IMG/VR virus record: IMGVR_UViG_3300010354_000100
Coordinates: 1-58,941 of that record
DNA from: a virus
Lineage: Duplodnaviria > Caudoviricetes
Length of the DNA: 58,941 nucleotides
Reading direction: 5' to 3' (one strand)
Shown: positions 1-9,451 of the stretch, in pieces
Numbering within the stretch: position 1 is the first letter of the stretch
Layout of the letters: the number at the start of each line of letters is the position of its first letter
Program-made: the position numbers and the translations under genes
The notes under the pieces: generated by a model
Database searches by the model: none
The model's input: only the letters and a program-made list of their open reading frames with translations
What the model was told of the DNA's origin: nothing

Positions 1-22
1 CAACAACTGATTGGAGAATGAA

Positions 23-586
23 ATGGTCACACAAAACAGGGCACGAGAAAACGCAGCGTTCAACGTATGCCCGAAACAAAGAACACACGTCCCGCAAGAC
101 TCGTTCTTGCAGAACAACAAGTTCTTGATTGAAGGAGCAGCAAAGGCACCGCGAGGCGGCGCTTGCGAAGGCAAGGACGTGTCGATGTGGTTTCCCGTAT
201 CAAACCGAGGCACATTCCGGAAAGATGAAATTGAGAGACAAAAGGTTGCCGTGGCCACTTGCCGGCTCTGCCCGATTCGCGGAGAATGTCTCATGTACTC
301 GCTCGAACACGAGCCAATCGGAATCTGGGGCGGTTTCCCCGAGACCGCAAGAGCACTTCTCGGGACGTATTGGAAGATTCATAACAAGAGGTCATGGAAC
401 GTCAAGGCATCCTTCCTGAGGTATAGGAAGGTTATGGACTATATTGTGAACCCAGAAGACATCAAATTTGTAAAGGCCCTGGCACATGACAAAAATCTTG
501 CACAACCATCTTTTGCTGAACGGTCAGGCTTATCAGCCACCGCGCAGCGTCGAGTCAGTCTCGGATTGGCTGACACAACTAGTTGA
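23..586 (+). CDS. whiB: WhiB-family Fe-S transcription factor with C-terminal extension
   Basis: C-x(n)-WFP...CRLCPIRGEC...GIWGG; ATG at 23 follows GGAG (TTG at 11 is an alternative start). Confidence 0.85.
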   Translation: MVTQNRARENAAFNVCPKQRTHVPQDSFLQNNKFLIEGAAKAPRGGACEGKDVSMWFPVSNRGTFRKDEIERQKVAVATCRLCPIRGECLMYSLEHEPIGIWGGFPETARALLGTYWKIHNKRSWNVKASFLRYRKVMDYIVNPEDIKFVKALAHDKNLAQPSFAERSGLSATAQRRVSLGLADTTS

Positions 587-875
587 CAAGATTGGCATGA
601 AGATTGTTACCGGTCCTCATGCTTATTACGTGGAGAGTGAAGGAAACCGCGGAATCACCGCGTGCGTGTGCATCGAGACATCGCACATCGCTTTCCACGT
701 GTGGGACGAAGAAGTTCCGGCGCGCGTACAGTTCGACTTGTACACATGCTCCACTTTGCCGGTTGACAAAGTCCTGGCTGAGTGCGAGAAGTTCTTTGAC
801 ATGGTGGATTACAACTATGTCGTACTGAACCGCGAAGACGGATTCGTCATCGAGAAAACAGGTCAGCGTATTTAG
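486..875 (+). CDS. speD: S-adenosylmethionine decarboxylase proenzyme
   Basis: GIT..VCIETSHIAFHVWDE...QFDLYTC pyruvoyl AdoMetDC signature. Confidence 0.85.
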   Translation: MTKILHNHLLLNGQAYQPPRSVESVSDWLTQLVDKIGMKIVTGPHAYYVESEGNRGITACVCIETSHIAFHVWDEEVPARVQFDLYTCSTLPVDKVLAECEKFFDMVDYNYVVLNREDGFVIEKTGQRI

Positions 876-877
876 CC

Positions 878-1084
878 ATGGGCAAGAAGAACAAGAAGGT
901 CGCCCGCGGCGCACAGCAGCGCGAGAGGTTCAACTACCTCACCGGAAAGACCGAGATTGTTCCAGGCACCAAAGCAGGAAAGCGGCGCACACGCCTTTCG
1001 TACGGAGACCCACTACGCACGCACGACCTCCACGGCCCGGTCGGCAAGAAGTCAAAGAAGAGCAGGCGCAGCGAAGACGAATAA
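878..1084 (+). CDS. small basic hypothetical protein
   Basis: ORF packed directly after speD. Confidence 0.65.
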   Translation: MGKKNKKVARGAQQRERFNYLTGKTEIVPGTKAGKRRTRLSYGDPLRTHDLHGPVGKKSKKSRRSEDE

Positions 1085-1102
1085 CGCCGATAGCCTGACC
1101 CG

Positions 1103-1309
1103 ATGGACATCGACATCGACATTCCCCCTCTCGCCAACAGAATGAGAATCCTGAACGAATACAACAAGGCAATCAAGTTCATGGGCTTTGAGCACGCCTC
1201 GCGCGCATACCGCCGCTCGATGCGAGACCTCTACGAAAGATACAACCCCGAACTCGCACGCCAGCGAGCGTGGCAAGAAAAGAAAAAGGGCTACTCCGAG
1301 GATTACTAA
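1103..1309 (+). CDS. hypothetical protein
   Basis: ORF continues the + strand run and converges on the next gene. Confidence 0.6.
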   Translation: MDIDIDIPPLANRMRILNEYNKAIKFMGFEHASRAYRRSMRDLYERYNPELARQRAWQEKKKGYSEDY

Positions 1310-1770
1310 AAGGGAAGTTTCGCCCAGCGTCCCCGCCGCGCCGCGTCGTGGACCGACGTAATTCCAAGACGCCGATACATCGCCCGCGTTCCTGAGTTGG
1401 AATCAATCGCGTGATAAATCGACGGGTCGTCCCCGTAGCGAGAGAACACATGGTTCAGCATCTGGTGCTCTTTGATTTTCGGAGCGTCCTGCCCGTCATA
1501 GCCAGTGTCGTTGAAAAGCGCCACGTTCGGCTGCCACTCCGTCTCATCCACGATTCGCTTCAAGGTAGGAATCGCCCACTTGATGTTCCGCGCGGTAATC
1601 AGGATGACGAACTCCGGACGCAACAACTCCACCATCCACTGGCGGTACTTCTCGTGGTTCTTCACGAAGTCCTCAAAGCCGTACTGGTACATCGAGCCGA
1701 AGTTTGACGACAGCGCCACGTTCAAGTCCATGAGGACGATGCGGTTATGGACTTTCTTGTCGTCAATCAC
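1306..1770 (-). CDS. HAD-like (PNK phosphatase-like) protein
   Basis: VLMDLNVAL motif I variant, LITAR motif II, AIDS motif IV-like. Confidence 0.55.
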   Translation of the reverse strand: MIDDKKVHNRIVLMDLNVALSSNFGSMYQYGFEDFVKNHEKYRQWMVELLRPEFVILITARNIKWAIPTLKRIVDETEWQPNVALFNDTGYDGQDAPKIKEHQMLNHVFSRYGDDPSIYHAIDSNSGTRAMYRRLGITSVHDAARRGRWAKLPF

Positions 1771-1779
1771 GCGAGAAGT

Positions 1780-2274
1780 TTACCCCTCGTACTTGGTCAG
1801 TTGGTCTATGTGCACGACCCGCGTGTTCTCAGGGTCGTAATCCGACGGAACGCCAATCTCCCACCCTTGCTTCTGGGAGATGTATCCATAGACCTCGACT
1901 GAATCCATCTCTGGCCCGATAACCCGAGCAGCGAACACCTTCATGTTCTCTTTGTCGTTTTGCCTGCGCCGAATCGCCACCGTGTTGCGCGTACGCAATC
2001 TACGGACCTCTGTGTTCTTGCCTACGTCAGGAAGGTCGCGATACTTGGCATGCTCCGTCCAATGCCAGACATGACCGTGCCAGTAACTGTTGGTCAGTTT
2101 CGCAACGGCTAGTTCGCACAGCGCCGAAGCAACCTCGGCCGTACGGTTGTCCTCTTGTCGAGCCTTGTCCTGATAGTGAGGAGCGTCCTTGGAACCCCAG
2201 CGCGCCACGCACCTGGCTATCCCTACCGCATTGGCCCGTTCGTATTCCCATTTTTCAATTTTTACGATTGTCAT
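1780..2274 (-). CDS. hypothetical phage protein
   Basis: MTIVKIEKWEY start avoids overlap with the upstream oxygenase. Confidence 0.65.
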   Translation of the reverse strand: MTIVKIEKWEYERANAVGIARCVARWGSKDAPHYQDKARQEDNRTAEVASALCELAVAKLTNSYWHGHVWHWTEHAKYRDLPDVGKNTEVRRLRTRNTVAIRRRQNDKENMKVFAARVIGPEMDSVEVYGYISQKQGWEIGVPSDYDPENTRVVHIDQLTKYEG

Positions 2275-2288
2275 TATTGGCAGTGTAT

Positions 2289-2870
2289 CTAGCGATATGG
2301 ATTTCCGTGCGCCCACGCCGTCAGTGCATAGCGGACCCCGGAATCGACCGGTAAAACTTCGTGCAGAGTCCACGAAGGCCAGACTGTCGCCATCCCCTGA
2401 ACCCTGGAGATAGGCGAATCCTCCGGACCCGCGTACAGAACCACATCGCCCCCCTCGTAATTCTTCTCGGCAGTCAACTGGCAGGTCATGGACAACTTAC
2501 GCATCCGCGCCGCCCCATTCGACCAATCCGTATGGCGTCCATATCCGTCCCGCTTCTCATACTGCATCACACGGATGGAAGGAACCTCGGAATACTCCAG
2601 TTCCCAGACGTTCCCTAGAGCAAACGCCCCGTACACCCTGGAAGCCACGCTAGAGCCGTCAGGAAACGTTATGGCGTGTGGGTCTACCAAATACTCCCTA
2701 CAGCGCCTTAGAACGCTTCTAGAGGCATCCTGACGCGTGTGGACGAGTCCCTGGTGTGATTCTCCGTAGCGGATAGCCCAGTCCGTGATAGCCAAACACT
2801 CTGAAGCGCTGAACAACTGGGTTCGGGCAGACAGTCCGTCGGACACCACTGCCACTTTCTCGATTGCCAT
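2289..2870 (-). CDS. 2OG-Fe(II) oxygenase (PKHD-type)
   Basis: HxD (RHTD), RKLS, YEGG, HEV..V.SG.RYAL.W. Confidence 0.9.
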   Translation of the reverse strand: MAIEKVAVVSDGLSARTQLFSASECLAITDWAIRYGESHQGLVHTRQDASRSVLRRCREYLVDPHAITFPDGSSVASRVYGAFALGNVWELEYSEVPSIRVMQYEKRDGYGRHTDWSNGAARMRKLSMTCQLTAEKNYEGGDVVLYAGPEDSPISRVQGMATVWPSWTLHEVLPVDSGVRYALTAWAHGNPYR

Positions 2871-2941
2871 TTCCTACAGTCTCCCTATACAGCCGGTACT
2901 ATCCACAGCATACAATACCCTCACCCCTACACTGAGGAATC

Positions 2942-3496
2942 ATGAGCCTCCAAAAAACCCGCTACCCACAATGGGTAAAAGACTATGTCGTGAAACTGCA
3001 GGGAGAACTCAAACTCGCTCACTGGACAATCACCTTCGGTAAAACTTACTGCAGCGATATCGCAATGGCAGAGATATCAATCTCCCCAGCACAGCACTGC
3101 GCGACCATCACTCTGTCCAACGAGTGGAGAAAGTGGAACCCGTCGGTGATGCGGTCAACGATAGCGCACGAACTCATGCACTGTCACGTCAACCCCATCA
3201 ACGAACTCGCAGAAGAACACTTGGAAGAGTTGGCACCCCGTACGGCAGAAGAACGCAAGATGGGTCTCAACTACGTCAACGAGAGAGTCACGGACGCACT
3301 GGCGGAGATGATTGCACCTCACCTGACGCTACCGAGACTGCCGGTACGCGCACAATCCAAAACATTATCGCACACTTTAGCATACTCTCGCACGCTTAAG
3401 TCTAACAAGAAAACTGGAACGGGTGGCAAGAAGGGTAAGCGTCCCGTAAAAAAGCGGGCACATAAGCCGTCGAAAAAGGGCGCACGCAGAAAATAG
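2942..3496 (+). CDS. HExxH zinc metallopeptidase-like protein with basic tail
   Basis: IAHELMHCH; Lys-rich C-terminus. Confidence 0.6.
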   Translation: MSLQKTRYPQWVKDYVVKLQGELKLAHWTITFGKTYCSDIAMAEISISPAQHCATITLSNEWRKWNPSVMRSTIAHELMHCHVNPINELAEEHLEELAPRTAEERKMGLNYVNERVTDALAEMIAPHLTLPRLPVRAQSKTLSHTLAYSRTLKSNKKTGTGGKKGKRPVKKRAHKPSKKGARRK

Positions 3497-3568
3497 TTTG
3501 GAAATCTGGGCTCAGAACTAAAAATCCGGCTTGTCTGCGCGCGTGAAATTTTTACGAAAAGAAGGCCT

Positions 3569-3600
3569 AATTAACCCAAAATCGCCGGAACACCATATTT
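3569..3600 (+). repeat. bipartite repeat copy 1 (degenerate)
   Basis: AATTAACCCA-N8-GGAACACCATATTT. Confidence 0.7.
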
Positions 3601-3607
3601 TGCGTGT

Positions 3608-3931
3608 TTAATCCTGCTCTAGCCGTCTCCTTCGCAACGTTTCGTCCGACACATTGACTTCCTTCAGATATTTTTTCTTCTCCCACGCTTCCAATGCTTT
3701 CATTCCCTTCGGCGTGATGCGAATATTCTCGCCGTCGCGTGCGCACCAGCCGTTCGAGATGTATCGCCGGATGTATTCGTACGTTTGTGAGAGTGTGGGA
3801 ACGTTCCGGCCCTTTGCGTGTGCTCCGTCTGCCGGAGTAACGAACTGGATGTATACCGGAGCGTTGAATTCTTTGCCGATTCGGTTATAAAACCGCATGA
3901 TGTTGAGAATGTTCCACTTATGATTGGTCAT
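3608..3931 (-). CDS. hypothetical protein, possibly winged helix
   Basis: YI..GW....IRITPKG wing-like motif. Confidence 0.5.
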   Translation of the reverse strand: MTNHKWNILNIMRFYNRIGKEFNAPVYIQFVTPADGAHAKGRNVPTLSQTYEYIRRYISNGWCARDGENIRITPKGMKALEAWEKKKYLKEVNVSDETLRRRRLEQD

Positions 3932-4461
3932 TTGTTTCTCCCGGCAATCAATCTAGCCAGCATGACATCCTTTTCCTCCTGAGTGAGAGGTTTTTTCCAG
4001 CGTGTGTGTGTCTTGGAGTACTTGCAGTTATGTTTTTTCATCGCGGCCTTCAACTTGTTTTGCGTTTCTTCGCCGAAGAACAGTCTGACGAGATGCAGAT
4101 ACGTGCGGCAGAACTCTCTTCCGTGTCCGGCATACTCTGATGGAGTGAGTACGTGAGCGATTTCGTGCACCACTACCCACTCGGTTCGTGTCTTGCGCGG
4201 GAATGCCACAGAGATGTGGGTGTCGTACCGGCAAGTAAGGGCCCGGCGGTGTCCGGCTCCGTTGAGTATCTTCAGTTTCTGCGTGCCAGATACGATTTCC
4301 CGCGCGATTGGGTATTTACTTTGGACCCACCGGTTCTCTAAAACCTTCCAGAAGTACTCCTCCAGTTCCTCCATGTCCCGGAACTTTTCTTTGGACCATC
4401 CGAACACTTCCCACTCGGAGGCATAGAGCCGGCTGCGTTGGCTGTCGCGCGGGCGCTTCAT
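3928..4461 (-). CDS. HExxH metallohydrolase, Rv0185-like
   Basis: RDSQRSRLYASE N-terminus; VVHEIAH...HGREF..YL.LV. Confidence 0.7.
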   Translation of the reverse strand: MKRPRDSQRSRLYASEWEVFGWSKEKFRDMEELEEYFWKVLENRWVQSKYPIAREIVSGTQKLKILNGAGHRRALTCRYDTHISVAFPRKTRTEWVVVHEIAHVLTPSEYAGHGREFCRTYLHLVRLFFGEETQNKLKAAMKKHNCKYSKTHTRWKKPLTQEEKDVMLARLIAGRNK

Positions 4462-4489
4462 GAGGCCTCAGAGAAACGGCGTACGGCAG

Positions 4490-4521
4490 AATAAAACCAT
4501 TTCTGCTGGAACACCATATTT
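4490..4521 (+). repeat. bipartite repeat copy 2
   Basis: AATAAAACCA-N8-GGAACACCATATTT. Confidence 0.85.
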
Positions 4522-4708
4522 TCGGGCCAGAGGCAGGAAATAAAAAACGAAATGTATTTATCAATCATGTTGGTATCAATTGTACAGGCAGCGGGCGCAG
4601 AAACCAACTTTTACCGGAAGAAAATTTCCTCAAGATTTTTTCACGGGAGGTTGTGATGTGTGGCAGAGCATGATACAATCTAAGTACAACCAAATGAAAG
4701 GAATACCA

Positions 4709-5002
4709 ATGACAAAAACAACTATTGAACTTGACGCCAGGATTGAGGAGGCCATTGACAAGGCCATCCAAGCATTCTGGGGAAGCATCGTAGAGAGTTT
4801 TCCGGAATCCACCGGAGGAGACTTTGACCCGATGTACGAAGGCGTCATGTACCACGAGGCGACCGGCTGGCTGCGTCACTGGCTAGAACTAAATTGCCTG
4901 ACCTGCGAGAAGTGCGGGTCGCTGGTGCCGGAAAGCGACGCGTGCTACGAGATGGCAGAAGTTTCGTGCCCGGGTTGTTTTTCAAAGCAGTTCTCCCTAT
5001 GA
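4709..5002 (+). CDS. hypothetical protein with C-terminal Zn ribbon
   Basis: promoter plus AAAGGA RBS; CxxC...CxxC. Confidence 0.7.
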   Translation: MTKTTIELDARIEEAIDKAIQAFWGSIVESFPESTGGDFDPMYEGVMYHEATGWLRHWLELNCLTCEKCGSLVPESDACYEMAEVSCPGCFSKQFSL

Positions 5003-5245
5003 TAGAATGTGATAACAACAACAACCCAATGGAGGTAACTTCCTGAGAAAAGTATTCGGCTGGCTCTTCGTGGCCTTTATCGCTGCCAATGCGAATGCGT
5101 GGGGCATGAGCAATCCGCTCATCCCTGTAGTTCTGCTTGGCGTCATCCTGTATCCATCAATCGTGGGGACCATCGGTCTCTGGCGCTTGCTGAGATTCAA
5201 CTACTTCCCAACACCACTACAACTACTGAAAGGATTCCGCAAGAT

Positions 5246-5491
5246 ATGGCCCGCCGTAAGAAAAGGTCCAGTCGTCACTCGGGTAAGTCGCCCATCATCA
5301 CGTACACCGTGAGTGTCGCGCACGAACCCGGCAGCGAATGCGACGCATGCGCGCAGCCCCGACCTGTTCTGATTGAGCAGGAAGGTGGCGCGTGGATATG
5401 CGAGATTTGCGCCGGCGGTGCAGACGCAGGAGATTTGTGGCGCGCAGCCATGCTCACCGGCGTTTACTCGTGGGGAGGAGACGGACTGTGA
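5246..5491 (+). CDS. small Zn-finger protein
   Basis: CDAC...CEIC. Confidence 0.55.
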   Translation: MARRKKRSSRHSGKSPIITYTVSVAHEPGSECDACAQPRPVLIEQEGGAWICEICAGGADAGDLWRAAMLTGVYSWGGDGL

Positions 5492-5985
5492 AGCAGATTA
5501 CCGACGAAGTCATCCACGACTACCAGGCCAACCTCTGGAAGAGCGCCGTCGAGCGACATGGGACAGCCCTCAAGGTCCCCAGTGACGAGCAGCAGCGCAT
5601 CGGAGAACTGGTCCGCGGTCTCTACGTCATGCAGACGTGGCAGGCACATGGAAGTCAGGGAAACCCTGTGCGGTTCATGAAAGATTATTCAATTTCCATG
5701 AACGTCATAGGAGTACTTATTCCGGCGTTCTTAGGAAAACAAAAACTGGTCGAGATTGAAGAAGTCAAGCCAGTGAAGCGCGCAGACAGATGGCGCACAC
5801 TCGAAGAGTGGGCCAAGAAACATACATACCACGAGGTCACGACGGAACAACTTGTCGAGATTTCCGGATTCTCCTACCAGACCGTACTGAACTACGTGAA
5901 GACTTCACCGTACTTCCGCAGGATTCAGCGCGGGCAGTGGGAAGTCAGAGACCCCAAAGAAGACAGAGCAAGAGAGAAAAACTAA
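5488..5985 (+). CDS. hypothetical protein, possible C-terminal HTH
   Basis: GTG start after GGAGGAG; TTEQLVEISGFSYQTV. Confidence 0.65.
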   Translation: MKQITDEVIHDYQANLWKSAVERHGTALKVPSDEQQRIGELVRGLYVMQTWQAHGSQGNPVRFMKDYSISMNVIGVLIPAFLGKQKLVEIEEVKPVKRADRWRTLEEWAKKHTYHEVTTEQLVEISGFSYQTVLNYVKTSPYFRRIQRGQWEVRDPKEDRAREKN

Positions 5986-6228
5986 ATGGCAAAGAAAACA
6001 GAGTTCCGGCAGCCGCCGGGACCGAGGAACGGCAGCCCATTCCAGGTCGCCAACTTCGTAGAGAAACTTAAAGACAATCCTGGAGAGTGGGCGGTCTACT
6101 GCACCGGCAATATTGCGCGGACCGGTCACTCCAAGGCACAGCAATATAAAAAGCGTTATCCAGGCACGGAGTGGATTGTCCGGCGCGAAGAAGACGGCTA
6201 CACCGTCTTTGGGCGCTGGGTGGGGTAA
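5986..6228 (+). CDS. hypothetical protein
   Basis: abuts the previous gene. Confidence 0.7.
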   Translation: MAKKTEFRQPPGPRNGSPFQVANFVEKLKDNPGEWAVYCTGNIARTGHSKAQQYKKRYPGTEWIVRREEDGYTVFGRWVG

Positions 6229-6237
6229 GGTGCTGCC

Positions 6238-6474
6238 ATGAAGCCACTCACTCTGAGTATCACTATCAACACGTACCGTGAGGGCGTGACGATAGCAAAT
6301 CTCATTCGAGAGCACGACGAAACTGCTGACGTACACCTGCACGAGGCCAAGAGGGGCAACGGGTGGGTCATCGTCTCCCACATCTGCATACCCCAGGAAG
6401 AAACAAACCGGCTACGCAGGCGCATCCGGGAGACCGGTGCCCTGTGCGTGGTGCGGGACGCAGACCAGGCCTAA
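6238..6474 (+). CDS. hypothetical protein
   Basis: AAGG RBS, in operon. Confidence 0.6.
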   Translation: MKPLTLSITINTYREGVTIANLIREHDETADVHLHEAKRGNGWVIVSHICIPQEETNRLRRRIRETGALCVVRDADQA

Positions 6475-6492
6475 GGGAACGGCTCCGCGCTA

Positions 6493-6524
6493 AATAAATC
6501 CGAAATATCTGGAACACCATATTT
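6493..6524 (+). repeat. bipartite repeat copy 3
   Basis: AATAAATCCG-N8-GGAACACCATATTT. Confidence 0.95.
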
Positions 6525-6641
6525 TGGGGACAGGGGCAAGTGAGACAGATTCCCAAAAGTGTCTCAAATAAAATACCGGACAGTTCTTGTGAAATTATGA
6601 ACAAGGTTGCAAAACCAGAAAGAATGTGCTACAATTTACTT

Positions 6642-6890
6642 ATGACAACACAATACCTATTACAGAAAACCAACGACAAGGGCTACCGGCGATTCGTAGC
6701 AAAACTCTTGGGAGACAAGGGCGGAACCACCAGTTCCCTCCATCACGCTCTCACTTGGGACAGCGTGGCGAATGCCGAGACCTTCCGCATCATCAATGGG
6801 CTTCACCAGTTTGAGATAGTTCTCTCTGACGGGACTGATGACCAAGATGCCGAGGCAAAAGCATTCTGGGCGGCAAAGAATGGAAAATAA
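6642..6890 (+). CDS. hypothetical protein (leaderless)
   Basis: ATG 7 nt after the -10 TACAAT. Confidence 0.65.
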   Translation: MTTQYLLQKTNDKGYRRFVAKLLGDKGGTTSSLHHALTWDSVANAETFRIINGLHQFEIVLSDGTDDQDAEAKAFWAAKNGK

Positions 6891-7188
6891 TCTTCACTGG
6901 ACGGATATGCTCCTCGCTGACCCCTCCACAGTTCGTGAATACATCATTGAGGAAGCAATTGACTGGTGGGTGTGTCGTTGCGGCAACAATCCAGACTCAG
7001 ATGGCTTCTCCACGTGTAGCGAAATAGGCGAACGCTGCGAGCCGACCATTGGACAGTGGGACGGCAAGCACTGGCTCTGCGAGTCCTGCTACCGAGTCAT
7101 TGACGGCGACACACTGGAAGTAATCAGTGGTTGTAGCCAAGATGTCGTAAATAAAAATGAGGAATATCGCTGGCACGAAGAGTTGTAA
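6880..7188 (+). CDS. Cys-rich hypothetical protein
   Basis: CRCGN...C...CESC. Confidence 0.65.
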   Translation: MENNLHWTDMLLADPSTVREYIIEEAIDWWVCRCGNNPDSDGFSTCSEIGERCEPTIGQWDGKHWLCESCYRVIDGDTLEVISGCSQDVVNKNEEYRWHEEL

Positions 7189-7244
7189 GACGTGCTAGAG
7201 TATGCTACAATGTAATAACAACCCAATCACAGAAAGAGAAACAA

Positions 7245-7415
7245 ATGAGCAAAACAAAATACCGGTATCACCTTTCGGCTTACCTTTCAGACTTCGTGGA
7301 ATCAACCAACGAGGATGAGGCGTGGGAAGCATTTCAGGAGATGGTCGCCAACGCCAAGTTGCGTGACTTCATCTTTGAGATGCAAGACATTGAGGAACTG
7401 GACGACGCACAATGA
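7245..7415 (+). CDS. small acidic hypothetical protein (not in ORF track)
   Basis: own promoter plus AGAAAGAG leader; MSKTKYRY... Confidence 0.65.
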   Translation: MSKTKYRYHLSAYLSDFVESTNEDEAWEAFQEMVANAKLRDFIFEMQDIEELDDAQ

Positions 7416-7717
7416 CCGTTCTTATCAAGATGCCCTTTGACAAGTGGTGCGAGAAATACCAACCAATCGTCAATGTCTTTGACAAGGATGCGTCGTTTAA
7501 TGACGGCGATTACGGACTTATGTTTGAGACATACGGGAAAGAACTGGACTTTGTTCTTGCCTATGTCAAAGCAAAGCCCCACAATGTCTGGACATACATT
7601 GACGGCGAGGAAGGCACGGTAGTCGTGAACGGCTATCACCTAGTAAATCGCATCGGGTATTTCGTGACCTACCAACCGGCAGAATCCGAGGCTTTCTACG
7701 AAATTGAGGTTTCGTAG
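7412..7717 (+). CDS. hypothetical phage protein
   Basis: ATGA overlap; FETYG.E...VWT...GYH.VNR.GY. Confidence 0.75.
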   Translation: MTVLIKMPFDKWCEKYQPIVNVFDKDASFNDGDYGLMFETYGKELDFVLAYVKAKPHNVWTYIDGEEGTVVVNGYHLVNRIGYFVTYQPAESEAFYEIEVS

Positions 7718-7780
7718 GTTGTCAAGTGTGCTACAATGTGGTACAATGTAAGTATGAACCCAACACAGAAAGAGAACACA

Positions 7781-8017
7781 ATGAAACAATTTATTATCAG
7801 GCAAACCGTTGACCTTGACCTCCAGTGGTTGATTGAGGCGGAGTCTGTGGAAGATGCCCTCGCAAAAGCGTGGGGCAACTTTGACAGCGCCAAAGTCGTG
7901 GACATCTGTCCTCTTGACTGGGACAAGCCGTGGGATGCCGAAGAAGTAGAGGGTAAAGCACCGTCTTTCCTCTCCGCTAAGGAACTCCGCAAGTGGCAGG
8001 AAGTTGGTCTCCTCTAA
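7781..8017 (+). CDS. hypothetical protein
   Basis: cassette promoter and leader. Confidence 0.7.
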   Translation: MKQFIIRQTVDLDLQWLIEAESVEDALAKAWGNFDSAKVVDICPLDWDKPWDAEEVEGKAPSFLSAKELRKWQEVGLL

Positions 8018-8099
8018 CCAGAGGTTGCCAAACCCGAAAATAAGTGATACAATCTAAGTAACAGCAATAACCAACTCAACACAGAAAGATAAAACAACT

Positions 8100-8564
8100 A
8101 TGGGATTAGATATGTACCTTTCCGCCAAGAAGTATTACTCAGGTGCGGATTGGCGAACAGAAGAGAATAAAAAAGACTTTCAGGAACTCCTGAAGAAGTC
8201 GGGTATCGCAAAGTATGTGAAAACCGAACTTGCGAGTATTCAGTTGGAAGTATCCATCGGCTATTGGAGAAAGGCGAACGCCGTTCACCAATGGTTCGTG
8301 GACAACTGCCAGAACGGCGAGGACGACTGTCGCTACGCCTATGTCGGGCGTGAGAAGTTGGAAGAACTGAAGGCTTTGTGCCAGAAGGTTCTTCTCCAGC
8401 CAGCAGTGGCAGACGAAGAACTGCCGACCCAGCAGGGCTTCTTCTTCGGCTCGTACGAGTACGACGAATATTATTTCCACGACATCAAGCACACGGTTGC
8501 CATTATTGACAACTGTCTGGCTATGCCTGATGATTGGGAGTTCTACTACCACTCATCGTGGTAG
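8100..8564 (+). CDS. conserved phage hypothetical protein (MGLDMYL...YWRKAN type)
   Basis: MGLDMYL, YWRKANAVHQWF, GFFFGS..YDE.Y, YY.SSW. Confidence 0.8.
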   Translation: MGLDMYLSAKKYYSGADWRTEENKKDFQELLKKSGIAKYVKTELASIQLEVSIGYWRKANAVHQWFVDNCQNGEDDCRYAYVGREKLEELKALCQKVLLQPAVADEELPTQQGFFFGSYEYDEYYFHDIKHTVAIIDNCLAMPDDWEFYYHSSW

Positions 8565-8727
8565 ACACGACTGGCTGGGCTTGTCTGCGCGACATTGTCA
8601 ACAACGGCAACATGACCCAGCCACTAGTGGCTTGTGGTGGGGAGGGATTTCCCCACCACAGGTTGTTATTAGTGATACAATATGATACAATGTAGTTATG
8701 AACACAACTCAACAGAAAGGCAACACA

Positions 8728-8949
8728 ATGAACTTAGACGAATGGAACAACAGATACCTCGGAGCGGTCATCGCCGTCGCCGAAGGTTCGGCTAAACCGA
8801 CCGACGAGATGGAAGATGGCTTCGCAGGCTTCGTGCTTGATGGCATCTTGGCAATCAAGGATGTCGAGACCGACCTCAACGACTGGGACTTGGTGGAACA
8901 CATCGCAGACTTCTGCGAGATGTCTATCGCCATTCAGGAGCGTTTCTAA
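8728..8949 (+). CDS. acidic hypothetical protein
   Basis: cassette promoter and AGAAAGG leader. Confidence 0.7.
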   Translation: MNLDEWNNRYLGAVIAVAEGSAKPTDEMEDGFAGFVLDGILAIKDVETDLNDWDLVEHIADFCEMSIAIQERF

Positions 8950-9182
8950 TGACGACCATATGGCTTGACATAGAGAGTGGTACCTACTACTCGTGCCCGC
9001 CCCTGCGCATCAGAACAAACGACTGGTTGGCAAAAGACTGGGAGTGCTGGACTGAAACCATGTCTGACTTAGACCGTCAGGCGTGGGGCGAATACCATCT
9101 TCAGTATGGTCAGACTAAACAAGTCCGTCCGTCTGAATGGTGCGACCCAGAAAACGATATTGCGGGATGGCCATACACATGA
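8949..9182 (+). CDS. Trp-rich hypothetical protein
   Basis: TAATG translational coupling. Confidence 0.6.
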   Translation: MTTIWLDIESGTYYSCPPLRIRTNDWLAKDWECWTETMSDLDRQAWGEYHLQYGQTKQVRPSEWCDPENDIAGWPYT

Positions 9183-9259
9183 GCAAGGTCACAATCGTCC
9201 TCGCTCTGTGCGTTATCTACTTGGCAGCAGTAATCATCGGAAGAAAGGCAGTCAAATGA
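9179..9259 (+). CDS. 26-aa single-TM peptide
   Basis: ATGA overlaps at both ends; MSKVTIVLALCVIYLAAVIIGRKAVK. Confidence 0.5.
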   Translation: MSKVTIVLALCVIYLAAVIIGRKAVK

Positions 9260-9402
9260 ATATTCACATCAAAGAACCACACGAGTTCACGCCCGAGGAA
9301 GCCCGGAGGTTTATCCAAGCAATCTTGGACTACCAGCCGGAAAGCCGGTGGGAAAGACTCAATAATTGGCTCGCAAAGGTTGTGAGACGACGCAATAAGT
9401 GA
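9256..9402 (+). CDS. small hypothetical protein
   Basis: ATGA overlap. Confidence 0.5.
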   Translation: MNIHIKEPHEFTPEEARRFIQAILDYQPESRWERLNNWLAKVVRRRNK

Positions 9403-9451
9403 TACAATTGAGTTGTAAGCAATACCAACCCAACAACAGAAAGAGAACATA

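Noticed and set aside
5070-5312. Hydrophobic 80-aa ORF
   Set aside because: It could be a real membrane protein, but there is no convincing start or RBS, so it was left uncalled.
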